Of a DNA stretch of 64,000 nt, positions 52,462 to 63,342 are shown in pieces (within the stretch, counting starts at the first letter, position 1; every line of letters begins with the position of its first letter). The DNA is from Polyangiales bacterium (GTDB lineage: Bacteria; Myxococcota_A; Polyangia; Polyangiales; Polyangiaceae), in NCBI GenBank assembly GCA_038231275.1, contig JBBRLQ010000021.1:1-64000 (forward strand), written 5' to 3'. The translations under genes were made by a program, and so were the position numbers. Below the pieces are notes generated by a model, which had not been told where the DNA came from, searched no databases, and saw nothing but the letters and a program-made list of their open reading frames with translations.

Positions 52462-54441
52462 GTGCGCGCCAAAGACGTCCTCGGCCCCGGCTCCCCGCTC
52501 GCCGGGCTCCTGTCGGCGTACGAGGACCGTCCCGCCCAGCTCGCGATGGCCGCCGCCGTCGAGGACGCGCTCCGCGCCGAGCAGCCGCTCCTGGTCGAGG
52601 CCGGCACCGGAACCGGCAAGACCCTCGCGTACTTGGTGCCAGCGATCCTGAGCGGCAAAAAGGTCGTCGTCTCGACTGCGACGCGTGCGCTGCAGGAGCA
52701 AATCATGACGCAAGATCTGCCCCTCGTCGCGCGGGCCCTCGCGCCGTTCGGGGTCGAGGTGAGCGCGGCGCTCATGAAGGGCTTACCGAATTACTTGTGC
52801 AAGCGCCGCTACGCCGAGCTGCTCACCACCGCGGGGGCGCGCGTGGCGACCGATCGGCACCTCGCGCGGATCGACACGTGGGCGCGCGAGACCGAGGTGG
52901 GCGATCGCGCCGAGCTCACTGATCTGCCCGAGGACGCCGAGGCGTGGCGCGAGGTCCAGTCCTCCACCGAGACGCGCATCGGTGCAAGGTGCACGTATTT
53001 CGACGAGTGCTTCGTCACGCGAATGCGCCGCGAGGCCGAGGACGCGCGCCTCGTCGTCGTGAACCACCACCTCTTCTTCGCCGACCTGGCGCTTCGGCGC
53101 GGGCGCGGCGGCGACTACGCCAGCGCCATTCCCAACTACGACGCCGTCATCTTCGACGAGGCCCACCAAATCGAGGACGTGGCGACCGATTTCTTCGGCG
53201 TCCGGGTATCCACCGCGCGCGTCGACGCCCTCGTCCGCGATGCGCGGCGGTCTTTGCTCTCGCTCGGGCAGCTCGAAGGCACGGGCGCGCGCCCGCTGCT
53301 CGATCTCGTCGAGGAGTCGTCGCGCGCGTTCTTCGCCACGCTCTCGCGACCCAGCGCCGAGTCGCGGCGCATCCTCACGGCCGACGACTGGACCGGCGAC
53401 GTCCTCGCCGCGTACGGCAAGCTCGATGCGTGCGTCGAAGCGCTCGCCGCGCACGCAGGAAAGTCCGCGCGTGACGAGGCGGTGCTCCTCGTCGCCCGCC
53501 GCGCGACCGAGCTGCGTGAGGATCTACGCACGATCCTCCGCGGCTCACGCGAAGCAGGCGATCGCGTCGCGTGGATCGATCTGCCCACCGGCGCACGCCG
53601 CACCGCTTCCCTGGGCGCAAGCCCCATCGAGCTCGGCCCCACGCTGCGCGAAGCCCTCTTCGATCGCGTCCCCGGCGTCATCCTGACGAGCGCGACGTTG
53701 GCCACGGCGGTCCTCGGCGCGGAGCCGAGCTTCCACTTCGCCAAGGCCCGCCTCGGCGCACCGCCCGAAGCGCGCGAGCTCGTCGTCCCTTCGCCCTTCG
53801 ACTTCGCGTCACGCGCGGCACTCTATGTCACGCGCTCGATGCCTGACCCGCAAGACCCCGGCTGGGACGCCGCGTGCGAGAGCCGCGCCGCCGATCTCAT
53901 CGCGATCACCGGCGGCGGCGCCTTCGTACTCTGCACCAGCAACCGCGCGATGCGGGCGATGCATGCGGCCCTGAAGAAGCGCCTCGACCTGCCGGTCTTC
54001 GTCCAGGGCGAGGCCCCCAAGCACCTCCTCTTGTCGAAGTTCCGCGCCGCCGGCAACGCGGTCCTCGTCGCGACGATGAGCTTCTGGGAAGGGGTGGACG
54101 TCCCCGGCCGCGCGCTTCGCCTCGTCGTGATCGACAAGATTCCGTTCGCGGTTCCCACCGATCCGGTCGTCGCGTCGCGCTCGCAGCAGATCGAGCGCGC
54201 CGGCGGCAACGCGTTCTCGCAGTACTCGGTGCCCAGCGCGGCGATCACATTGAAGCAGGGCTTTGGGCGCCTCATCCGCACGCAGACCGACGCCGGGATC
54301 GTCGCCATCCTCGACCCTCGCGTCCTCACGCGCGGCTACGGACGGATGCTCCTCGGGAGCCTGCCGCCCGCGCGCCAAATCCGCGACATCGACCAGCTCC
54401 GCGCCTTCTGGGAGCACGTCGACGAGGGCCACCCGGCCTGA
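52462..54441 (+). CDS. dinG: DinG/YoaA-family ATP-dependent DNA helicase (Fe-S type)
   Basis: Q motif DRPAQ, EAGTGTGKT, KGLPNYLC, VVNHHLFFAD, FDEAH, TSATL, FWEGVDV, KQGFGRLIR. Confidence 0.92.
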   Translation: MRAKDVLGPGSPLAGLLSAYEDRPAQLAMAAAVEDALRAEQPLLVEAGTGTGKTLAYLVPAILSGKKVVVSTATRALQEQIMTQDLPLVARALAPFGVEVSAALMKGLPNYLCKRRYAELLTTAGARVATDRHLARIDTWARETEVGDRAELTDLPEDAEAWREVQSSTETRIGARCTYFDECFVTRMRREAEDARLVVVNHHLFFADLALRRGRGGDYASAIPNYDAVIFDEAHQIEDVATDFFGVRVSTARVDALVRDARRSLLSLGQLEGTGARPLLDLVEESSRAFFATLSRPSAESRRILTADDWTGDVLAAYGKLDACVEALAAHAGKSARDEAVLLVARRATELREDLRTILRGSREAGDRVAWIDLPTGARRTASLGASPIELGPTLREALFDRVPGVILTSATLATAVLGAEPSFHFAKARLGAPPEARELVVPSPFDFASRAALYVTRSMPDPQDPGWDAACESRAADLIAITGGGAFVLCTSNRAMRAMHAALKKRLDLPVFVQGEAPKHLLLSKFRAAGNAVLVATMSFWEGVDVPGRALRLVVIDKIPFAVPTDPVVASRSQQIERAGGNAFSQYSVPSAAITLKQGFGRLIRTQTDAGIVAILDPRVLTRGYGRMLLGSLPPARQIRDIDQLRAFWEHVDEGHPA

Positions 54442-54470
54442 GGCCTCTCCACCAGCTCCTCCTCTAGTAG

Positions 54471-55814
<1,344 letters not shown>

Positions 55815-55883
55815 CGGAATCCCCGCGGCCCATCGCGCGTAGAGACGTCACGAACTTTTCGCTTCAGGAGCCTCACGAACCCC

Positions 55884-57032
55884 ATGAAATCCAAGGTCGC
55901 CGTTCTCAAGTGCAAGCCGGAGACGATCCTCAAGGACATCGAGCGCCTCTGCGAGATGGCCGGCATGAGCCAGGCCCTCGAGAAGGGCAAGACGACGATC
56001 CTGAAGGACAACATCTCCTGGCACTACCCGTTCCCCGGCGCCAACTCGACGCCGTGGCAGATGGAGGGGACGATTCAGGCCCTCCGCAACGCGGGCTACC
56101 CCGACGTCTCGTGCGTGCAGAACAAGACCGTCGTGACGAACGCGTTCAAGGGTGAGGACCTCAACAAGTACGTCCCGCTCTTCAAGAAGTACGACATCCC
56201 CGTCCTCTACAACTTCAAAGACAGCGACATGAAGTGGGTCGAGTACCGGCCCAAGGCGAAGATGCACGTGCTCAACAAGATCTTCCCCGAGGGCATCTTC
56301 ATCCCCGACTACTTCTTCGGGAAGAACATCGTCCACCTGCCGACGGTGAAGTGTCACATCTACACGACCACGACTGGCGCCATGAAGAACGCGTTCGGCG
56401 GGCTGCTCGCGACCAAGCGTCACTACACGCACTCGTGGATCCACCGCACGCTCGTCGATCTCCTCGCGATCCAGAAGGAGATCCATTCGGGCCTCTTCGC
56501 GATCATGGACGGAACGACCGCCGGCAACGGGCCGGGCCCCCGCACGATGATCCCGGTCATCAAGGACTACATGCTCGCGAGCAGCGATCAGGTCGCCATC
56601 GACGCGGTCGCCGCCAAGATGATGGGCTTCGATCCGCTGAGCCTCGAGTTCATCAAGGTCGCTCACGACGACGGGCTAGGAGTCGGCGATCCGCGGGACA
56701 TCGAGATCGTCGGCGACGACATCTCGAAGGAGAGCTGGGGCTTTCAGGTCGGCGACAACGGCGCGAGCAAGGTCGGCGACTTCATGTGGTTCGGGCCGAT
56801 GAAGAAGTTCCAGAAGATCTTCTTCCACACGCCGCTGGTGAACGTCTTCATCTTCGGCAGCGAGGCCTACCACGACTATTACCGGTGGCCGATGAAGGAC
56901 AAGAAGACCTTCGAGAACTGGAAAGAGGAGACGTCGTGGGGCCGACTCTTCGCGGCGTACGAGCGGGGGGAGGCCGAGCGCGTCACCGGACCGTCTCCGC
57001 GCGGCGGAAGCGCGGCGCACCCTTCGGCCTGA
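55884..57032 (+). CDS. DUF362-family (Fe-S-associated) protein
   Basis: ILKDNISW, LPTVKCH...TGAMKNAFG, DGTTAGNGPGP, SDQVAIDAVAAKMMGFDP. AGGAG RBS. Confidence 0.8.
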   Translation: MKSKVAVLKCKPETILKDIERLCEMAGMSQALEKGKTTILKDNISWHYPFPGANSTPWQMEGTIQALRNAGYPDVSCVQNKTVVTNAFKGEDLNKYVPLFKKYDIPVLYNFKDSDMKWVEYRPKAKMHVLNKIFPEGIFIPDYFFGKNIVHLPTVKCHIYTTTTGAMKNAFGGLLATKRHYTHSWIHRTLVDLLAIQKEIHSGLFAIMDGTTAGNGPGPRTMIPVIKDYMLASSDQVAIDAVAAKMMGFDPLSLEFIKVAHDDGLGVGDPRDIEIVGDDISKESWGFQVGDNGASKVGDFMWFGPMKKFQKIFFHTPLVNVFIFGSEAYHDYYRWPMKDKKTFENWKEETSWGRLFAAYERGEAERVTGPSPRGGSAAHPSA

Positions 57033-57134
57033 GCGATCGGTGCGGCCAAAAAGGCGCAAAAAGCGTAGGCGGTGGAAAAATCCGCCCTGGCGATTGGGAC
57101 ACGCCCGGGGCGGGTGATGTAAGATCCGCTGCGA

Positions 57135-59606
57135 GTGAAGACGATCGAAGAGCTGCTTCGCAATCTCGCGCGCCCCGAGGTGCTCGAGTTTGCCTTGGCG
57201 AGCGATCGGCTGCCTTGCGTGAAGGTCGGCGGCTCGTTTCAGCCCGTCGACGGAGCGGCGCCGACGACCGACGCGATCCTCCAGATGCTCGTCGGCGTCG
57301 GGGGTAGCCGGTACGTCGAGTCGCTCACGGCGAAGCCGACGCAGTGGACCACGCGGGTCGATGGCCTCGGCGTCATCACGATCTCCGCCATCATGCGCAA
57401 CGACGTCGTGCAGGCGCGGTTCACGCTGACGAAGCGCGAGATCCCGAGCGTGCAGGCGCGGCCGGTGCCGCCGACGATCTCGAAGGACACCGTGACGGTG
57501 ACCCCGACGGCCCCGCAACAGGTCGCGAGCGCGAAGCAGAGCTCGAGGCGCGACGCGGCCGAGCCGCCGCCGACCACCGCGCCCGCGCCACTGCCGCCCT
57601 CGCACGGCGACGACGACGACGAGCCGACGCTGATGAACCAGCCGCCCGCGTCGCCGCAGCCGGCGCAGTCGCGGCCGCGCCTCGAAGTCCCGCTCGAGAT
57701 CGAGCTCGACGACGGAGATCGATCACCGTCGCAGGCTGTCGCGACGGTGGCGCCCGTCCCCCAGGTCCCGCCGCCGAGGCCGCCGCTGCCGTCTCCGCTC
57801 GACGACGACGACGCGACCGCCGAGATCGACATCCCGACGGGCCCGGGGCCGCACCTCCCTCCCATCGTCGTCGTGAACCACCCGCCGTCCTCGCAGCGGC
57901 AGGTCGCAGCGCCGACGACGTCCCCGCGGCCGTCGTCGGAGGGTAGGGTATCGACCGCGACGCAGCCGCTCTCGACCGCGCCAGCCACGACGAAAGCTGC
58001 GCCCCCGAGCGCGATGCTGAAGGACGGGAAGGAGACGGTCCGCGGTCTCGGTCTCGGGGAGGACCGAAAGCCGGAGGTGCAGCCGATGGCTCCGCCGCCG
58101 AAGTCGTCGCCGCAGGTCGTGCCGCCGCCGCTGGCCTTCGCGCCGCCGCCCGCGCCCGCGCCGCCGCCGCCGTCCGCGCCGGGTCCTGTCACGCCGCCTC
58201 CGGTCGTAGCCAAGCCCGCGCCGTCGCCGCAGCCCGCGCAGGTCGCCGCCAAGCCTGCGCCGGTTCCTGCGCCGCCGCCGGTCGTCCCCGCCGCGCGCGC
58301 AGGGCGTGACAAGCACGGAGAAGATCCGAGCTCGCCGAGCATCAGCATCAGCATCGCGGAGACCGCGATCATCGGGCAGGGCTCGGGCAGCTCAATGCAG
58401 CCGTCGACCGGCATGGGGCTCGACGAGCTCCTCGGTCTCGCGCGCAACGCGAAGGCCAGCGATCTTCACGTCGCTGCCGGCCGCCCCGCGCTCCTGCGGA
58501 TCGCCGGGGAGCTCGTGCCGCGAACGGCGGAGTTCGAGGGGCAGGTGCTCGACAGCATCGCGCGCGAGATCGTCCCGGCGCGCGCGCGGCGAGCGCTCGA
58601 AGAGGACGGCGCGTGCGACTTCGCATTCGACCACCCGACGCACGGTCGCTTCCGCGTGAACGTGTCGCGGCAGCGCACCGGGATCAAGCTCTGCGTCCGC
58701 GTGATCCCTCGGCAAATACCGTCGATCGCGTCCCTCGGCCTGCCGGAGCTCGTCGCGCGCGGCGTCCGCCATCACCAGGGCCTCGTCCTCGTCACCGGCC
58801 CGGCCGGGCACGGAAAGACGACGACGCTTGCGGCGCTCGTCGATCGCATCAACGACGATCCGTCGCTCCACGTCGTCACGGTCGAAGATCCCATCGAGTT
58901 CCGCCACCCCAGGAAGCGCGCGCTCCTCAGCCAGCGCGAGGTCGGCACTCACACGGCTTCGTTCGCCACGGCGCTCGCCGCGGCGCTGCGCGAGGATCCG
59001 GACGTCATCGTCGTCGGTGAGCTGCGCGACGCGGAGACGGTACGCATGGCGCTCTCCGCGAGCGAGACCGGGCACCTCGTCCTAGGCACGATGAGCTCGC
59101 CCTCGGCCGCCAAGACGATCGATCGCGTGATCGATCTCTTCCCGCTGTCGGAGCAAGAGCAGGTCCGCCTGACGCTCGCCGGGGCGCTACGGCTGATCGT
59201 GAGCCAGCGCCTCGTCCCGAGCGCCGATCACTCGCGGCTGCACGTCGCGGTCGACTTGCTGCCCGGATCGATCTCCCTCTACACCCTCATCCGAGACGGC
59301 AAGACGCTCCAGATCCCCAGCCTCCAGCAGCGTGGACGTGCGAGCGGCATCGTGCGCATCGACGACTCGCTCGCCGAGCTCGTGCGCGCCGGAACCGTGG
59401 ATATCGCGATGGCGAGGAGCTTCGCCGAGGCGCCGGACGATTTCGACGCGCTCGTCGGCCGGGCGCCGCCGCCACCCGCGCAGGTCCCGTCCCCGCCGCA
59501 CGCCCAAGGCGGGATGCTCCCCCGAAAACGCGCGCCCGAAGAGGCCGCGATGGATCTCGGCGGCCTGCTCTCCAAGGCCGGCTCGCTGTTCGGGAAGAAG
59601 GGCTGA
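57135..59606 (+). CDS. PilT/PilU-family ATPase with extra N-terminal PilT-N-like domain and long Pro-rich linker
   Basis: ASDLHV, RFRVNV, Walker A GPAGHGKTT, VEDPIEF, QREVG, REDPDVIVVGELRD in the C-terminal ~390 aa. Confidence 0.9.
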   Translation: MKTIEELLRNLARPEVLEFALASDRLPCVKVGGSFQPVDGAAPTTDAILQMLVGVGGSRYVESLTAKPTQWTTRVDGLGVITISAIMRNDVVQARFTLTKREIPSVQARPVPPTISKDTVTVTPTAPQQVASAKQSSRRDAAEPPPTTAPAPLPPSHGDDDDEPTLMNQPPASPQPAQSRPRLEVPLEIELDDGDRSPSQAVATVAPVPQVPPPRPPLPSPLDDDDATAEIDIPTGPGPHLPPIVVVNHPPSSQRQVAAPTTSPRPSSEGRVSTATQPLSTAPATTKAAPPSAMLKDGKETVRGLGLGEDRKPEVQPMAPPPKSSPQVVPPPLAFAPPPAPAPPPPSAPGPVTPPPVVAKPAPSPQPAQVAAKPAPVPAPPPVVPAARAGRDKHGEDPSSPSISISIAETAIIGQGSGSSMQPSTGMGLDELLGLARNAKASDLHVAAGRPALLRIAGELVPRTAEFEGQVLDSIAREIVPARARRALEEDGACDFAFDHPTHGRFRVNVSRQRTGIKLCVRVIPRQIPSIASLGLPELVARGVRHHQGLVLVTGPAGHGKTTTLAALVDRINDDPSLHVVTVEDPIEFRHPRKRALLSQREVGTHTASFATALAAALREDPDVIVVGELRDAETVRMALSASETGHLVLGTMSSPSAAKTIDRVIDLFPLSEQEQVRLTLAGALRLIVSQRLVPSADHSRLHVAVDLLPGSISLYTLIRDGKTLQIPSLQQRGRASGIVRIDDSLAELVRAGTVDIAMARSFAEAPDDFDALVGRAPPPPAQVPSPPHAQGGMLPRKRAPEEAAMDLGGLLSKAGSLFGKKG

Positions 59607-59609
59607 CAC

Positions 59610-60704
59610 GTGGCGAAGATCGATCGCCTGTTCGACGACCTCATCGCCAAAGGCGGGAGCGATCTCCACCTCGGCGTCGGCTACCCGCCGCTCGCGCGCG
59701 CGCGCGGTGAGCTAGTGCCGCTGCGCGATGCGCCAGTCGACGCGGCGGAGATGGCGTCGCTCCTCTTCGAGATCACGACGCCGGACCAGCGGAAGAAGGC
59801 GGAGGAGTCGCGCGATCTCGACTTTGGGTACGCCTTCGGCGACAAGGCGCGCTTCCGCGCGAACTACTTCTACAAGGCGACCGGGCTCGCCGCCGCGTTC
59901 CGCCTCGTCCCGAGCAAAGTCCAGTCGCTCACGGATCTCGGTTGTCCCGACGTCCTGCGCCGGCTCGCCGATCGCCGATCCGGGCTCGTCCTCGTCACCG
60001 GCCCCACCGGCAGCGGCAAGAGCACGACGCTCGCGGCGATGGTCGATCACGTCAACGACACGCGCGCGTGCCACATCCTCACGATCGAGGATCCGATCGA
60101 ATTCGTCCACGAGCCCAAGAAGGCCGCGGTGACCCATCGCGAGATCGGCGTTCACGCGTCGAGCTTCGCCGCGGCCATGCGGAGCGCCGGGCGCGAGGAT
60201 ACGCAAGTCGTCCTCATCGGCGAGCTGCGCGGCAAGGAGACGATGCTCCTCGCCCTCCAGCTCGCGAGTCAGGGCATCCTCGTCTTGTCGACGCTCCACA
60301 CGAACGGTGCTGCGTCGACGATTGATCGCGTCATCAACGCGTTCCCGGAAGGCGAGCAGTCGCAGGTGCGCGGGATGCTCGCAGAGTCCTTGATCGGCGT
60401 CGTGTCGCAGCAGCTCCTCCGCCTCAAGGAAGGGGAGGGGCGTGTCGCGGCGATGGAGATCCTCGTCGGCTCGAGCGCGCTGTCCTCGATGATCCGCGAG
60501 GGCAAGATGCACCAGATCGGGAGCGTCATGCAGGGCGGTCAGAACGCCGGAATGCAGACGATGGATATGGCGCTCGATCGGTTGCTCGCCGCCGGGAGGA
60601 TTCTGCCGGAGGACGCGCTTGGCGTCGCGAACGACAAAGAGGCCTTCGCGCGTATCGTGGCGAGGACGCGCCCCGATCTCGTCGACCCGAATCACTACGG
60701 GTAA
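59610..60704 (+). CDS. pilT: PilT/PilU-family type IV pilus ATPase
   Basis: GSDLHL, RFRANY, GPTGSGKST, IEDPIEF, IGELR, STLHT, GMQTMD. Confidence 0.9.
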   Translation: MAKIDRLFDDLIAKGGSDLHLGVGYPPLARARGELVPLRDAPVDAAEMASLLFEITTPDQRKKAEESRDLDFGYAFGDKARFRANYFYKATGLAAAFRLVPSKVQSLTDLGCPDVLRRLADRRSGLVLVTGPTGSGKSTTLAAMVDHVNDTRACHILTIEDPIEFVHEPKKAAVTHREIGVHASSFAAAMRSAGREDTQVVLIGELRGKETMLLALQLASQGILVLSTLHTNGAASTIDRVINAFPEGEQSQVRGMLAESLIGVVSQQLLRLKEGEGRVAAMEILVGSSALSSMIREGKMHQIGSVMQGGQNAGMQTMDMALDRLLAAGRILPEDALGVANDKEAFARIVARTRPDLVDPNHYG

Positions 60705-60725
60705 GAGAGTCCCAGACGAACGCGG

Positions 60726-62276
60726 CTACATCGCGCGGCGGGCGTATGTGGACCAGTCGGCGCGGAGGCCGCGGGCGATTTTCAGGGCCATGCTCATCAC
60801 TGGGAGCTGGGAGTTCACGCCGATGCTCGTGGGGAGGACGCTGCCGTCGGCGATGATGAGGTTGTCGCAGCTCCAGGCTTCGCCGGTGGGCTTCACGACG
60901 CCGCCGCGCGGATCGATGCTCATTTTCGCGGAGCCGAGCGGGTGGAAGGCCATGCACTCGATGCGCTTCGCGCTGGGGGGGCGTTCGGTGAGAAAGTCCA
61001 GCTCGGCTTCCGATTTGAACGTGGTCGAGCCGAAGATGGGGAGGAGCACTTCTTTTGCGCCGGCGGCGAAGGCCATTTTGCCGACGATCTGGATCCCGCG
61101 GAGGAGGCGCGCCTTGTCGCGCGGCGACATGCGGTAGAGGAGGAGCGGCTCGCGCGAGATCCAGCGGCGCACTTGGCCGCCGCCCTCGTCGTGGATCATG
61201 CCGCCGAAGAAGGCGAGGTTGGGGAGGCGCTTGGCGAGGCGGCGGTGCTCGCGGCCGACGCCGGGGAAGGCAGCGGCGAGGACGTTCACCGCGGTGTAGA
61301 CGCCGACCAGCGTGATGCCGTCGTCGTGGAAGTGATCGGAGTAGACGCTCTGGAGCGCGCCGTCCCAGCCGTGAACGGCTTCGTCGAAGAGGGCGCCGAC
61401 GCGGAAGCCGGGATGGAGGGTGACGTGGCGACCGATGTCGACGTCGTCCATGCCGCTGCGCCGGAGGAGCACCGGCGTGTGGAGCGAGCCGCACGCGACG
61501 ATGACGACCTTGGCGGCGACCTCGAACGCGATCTTGGGCTCGCCAGTGACGGGATCGAGGAGCCGGCCGCGCACGCCGGTCGCGCGTCCGCCGGCCATGT
61601 CGATCTTTTCGGCGAGGGCGTCGGAGAGAATGGTCGCGCCGTGCTGAACCGCGTCGGGGAGAAACGAGACGTCGACGCTCATCTTCGCGCCGTTGGGGCA
61701 GCCGAAGTTGCAGCGTGACGCTCCTTTGCAGCCGCTCGTGTTTCGCCGCAGGCTCTTGATGGGGATGCCCATCTTGTCGGCCCCCTCGACGAAGAGCTCC
61801 GTCGAGCGCGAGCGCATGTGATCAGGGACCGTCTCGACGTGGATGTCGCGCTCGATCTCCGAAAAATAGGGGTCGAGCGCGTCGGGGCTGACGTCGGGGA
61901 GCTTCAGATCATTCGACCAGCCGTGCAGGATGTCCTCGGGAACGCGGAAGCAGACGCCGCCGGTGAGGACGCTCGACCCGCCGACGCATTTTCCGGCGAG
62001 GGTCGCGATGAGCGGCGTGTCTCCGAGCCCGACCGCCGCCGACAGCCCGGCCTCGCGAAAGAGGCTGCGGATTGCCTCCGACGGCGGCATCGCGCCGTAT
62101 TGCTCCTTGGTGTAGTGCCCGCCTTCTTCGAGGACGAGAACGCTTCGCCCGTCCCGCGCGAGCTCCCGCGCGAGCACAGCGCCGCCCGCGCCCGATCCGA
62201 CGATGACGGCGTCGACCTTCGCGCGGAAGGGGCGCGTCATCTCTCGGCCGCGGAGGTATTCGCCGGGGGTGTTCAT
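60726..62276 (-). CDS. GMC-family oxidoreductase (long-chain alcohol oxidase-like)
   Basis: IVGSGAGG FAD motif, VGGSSVLTGG, CKGASRCNFGC, AFHPLGS, DGSVLPTSIGVNSQLPVM. Confidence 0.92.
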   Translation of the reverse strand: MNTPGEYLRGREMTRPFRAKVDAVIVGSGAGGAVLARELARDGRSVLVLEEGGHYTKEQYGAMPPSEAIRSLFREAGLSAAVGLGDTPLIATLAGKCVGGSSVLTGGVCFRVPEDILHGWSNDLKLPDVSPDALDPYFSEIERDIHVETVPDHMRSRSTELFVEGADKMGIPIKSLRRNTSGCKGASRCNFGCPNGAKMSVDVSFLPDAVQHGATILSDALAEKIDMAGGRATGVRGRLLDPVTGEPKIAFEVAAKVVIVACGSLHTPVLLRRSGMDDVDIGRHVTLHPGFRVGALFDEAVHGWDGALQSVYSDHFHDDGITLVGVYTAVNVLAAAFPGVGREHRRLAKRLPNLAFFGGMIHDEGGGQVRRWISREPLLLYRMSPRDKARLLRGIQIVGKMAFAAGAKEVLLPIFGSTTFKSEAELDFLTERPPSAKRIECMAFHPLGSAKMSIDPRGGVVKPTGEAWSCDNLIIADGSVLPTSIGVNSQLPVMSMALKIARGLRADWSTYARRAM

Positions 62277-62827
62277 GAGGTCGTGGTCGCGGTCGCGGTC
62301 GTGGTCGTGGTCGTGGTCGTGGTCGCGGCCGCAAGCGGGGTCGGGATCGCCGTCGGGGTCGTCAGAGGAAGCCCGCGCCGATACCGATGGCGTTCAGGCC
62401 CGGGATACCCCAGTGCGGAGAGCTCGATCGCCGATTCGAAGAACAGGATCGACATGATGGTTTTGTACGCGACGACGATCAGCGTCAGCTCCGCGATCTT
62501 CGAGCGATCCATCGCCTCGAGCATCCGCGTTTTTTCCGCGCGTGGCAGCCCCTCGAACGTCGAGAAGCGGCCCAGCACGAACAGCGGTGCCCATCGGACG
62601 ACATCGAGCATCACGAGCAGGCCCCACCGCAGCGTCTTGCTCGCCGGGCTCACGAAGCGATCGACCTCGTCGACGAACGCGTCGAGCTGCGCAGGCTCGA
62701 CCTCGCCGTCCGCGGAGAAAAACGCCTCGGCGAGCCCACGAACGACGGGCCGATGCCGCGCCCGAAATGTGGTTCGTTGGTAGGGGCGGGGAGGCGCGGG
62801 ACTCGTGAGAGGAGCGGAGGGGCTCAC
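62273..62827 (-). CDS. Small helical partner of the GMC enzyme (gluconate 2-dehydrogenase subunit 3-like) with poly-Thr tail
   Basis: ATGA overlap with the GMC gene; RFSTFEGLPRAEK...LGYPGP pattern common in GMC-adjacent proteins. Confidence 0.65.
   Translation of the reverse strand: MSPSAPLTSPAPPRPYQRTTFRARHRPVVRGLAEAFFSADGEVEPAQLDAFVDEVDRFVSPASKTLRWGLLVMLDVVRWAPLFVLGRFSTFEGLPRAEKTRMLEAMDRSKIAELTLIVVAYKTIMSILFFESAIELSALGYPGPERHRYRRGLPLTTPTAIPTPLAAATTTTTTTTTATATTTS
62279..62326. repeat. Hexamer tandem repeat (GGTCGY)x8
   Basis: Eight GGTCGT/GGTCGC units encoding the Thr/Ala tail, ending at the GMC start codon. Confidence 0.85.
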
Positions 62828-62866
62828 CCCCTCACTTTACGGCACGCGTCCAAAAAGATTTGGAAT

Positions 62867-63298
62867 TCAGCGGCGGTGGCGAGGCGCCGCGTACGAGCTC
62901 ATAGTGCCGCCGCGGTAATGGTACCCGTACGATCCGAAGCCGCCGCGGCCCTGGTAACGGAAGGGCTCCTGCACCCAAGGCCAGTGCGGGCCGACGTGCG
63001 GCGACGGCGTGAGCGGCCCGTCCCCGATGAAGCCGAGCGAGACGCTGCGCGGACGGTCGCGCGGGACCGGCGCCGGATCGAAGACGGCAGGCACCGGCGC
63101 CATCGTGTAGGCGGCCTCCGCACTGGCTCCAGGTGTCTCGAGGTCCCAGACCTGCTCCGGCGACTTCGGCTCGAGCTCGGATTCGTGGCACCCCGCGAGG
63201 GCGGCGGCCACGAGGAGAACCAGGATGTGGCAGGCGGAGGGAGAAGGGCGGGGGCGCATCGGCTTCCCCCTTTGCAATTCGTCGACCATGGCCATCAC
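62867..63298 (-). CDS. Hypothetical lipoprotein
   Basis: ILVLLVAAALAGC lipobox and RSVSLGFIGDGPL segment. The true start may be the ATG at 63259. Confidence 0.55.
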   Translation of the reverse strand: MMAMVDELQRGKPMRPRPSPSACHILVLLVAAALAGCHESELEPKSPEQVWDLETPGASAEAAYTMAPVPAVFDPAPVPRDRPRSVSLGFIGDGPLTPSPHVGPHWPWVQEPFRYQGRGGFGSYGYHYRGGTMSSYAAPRHRR

Positions 63299-63342
63299 CC
63301 CAATTTTTTCTCGGAATAGCCGGTACCGCGGGACCGCGCGCC

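Noticed and set aside
49536..54441. TerB + TPR + DinG as an anti-phage or type IV CRISPR module
   Set aside because: The genes are in mixed orientations, DinG looks like the ordinary YoaA/DinG type next to eno, and no cas, nuclease or other ter genes are present.
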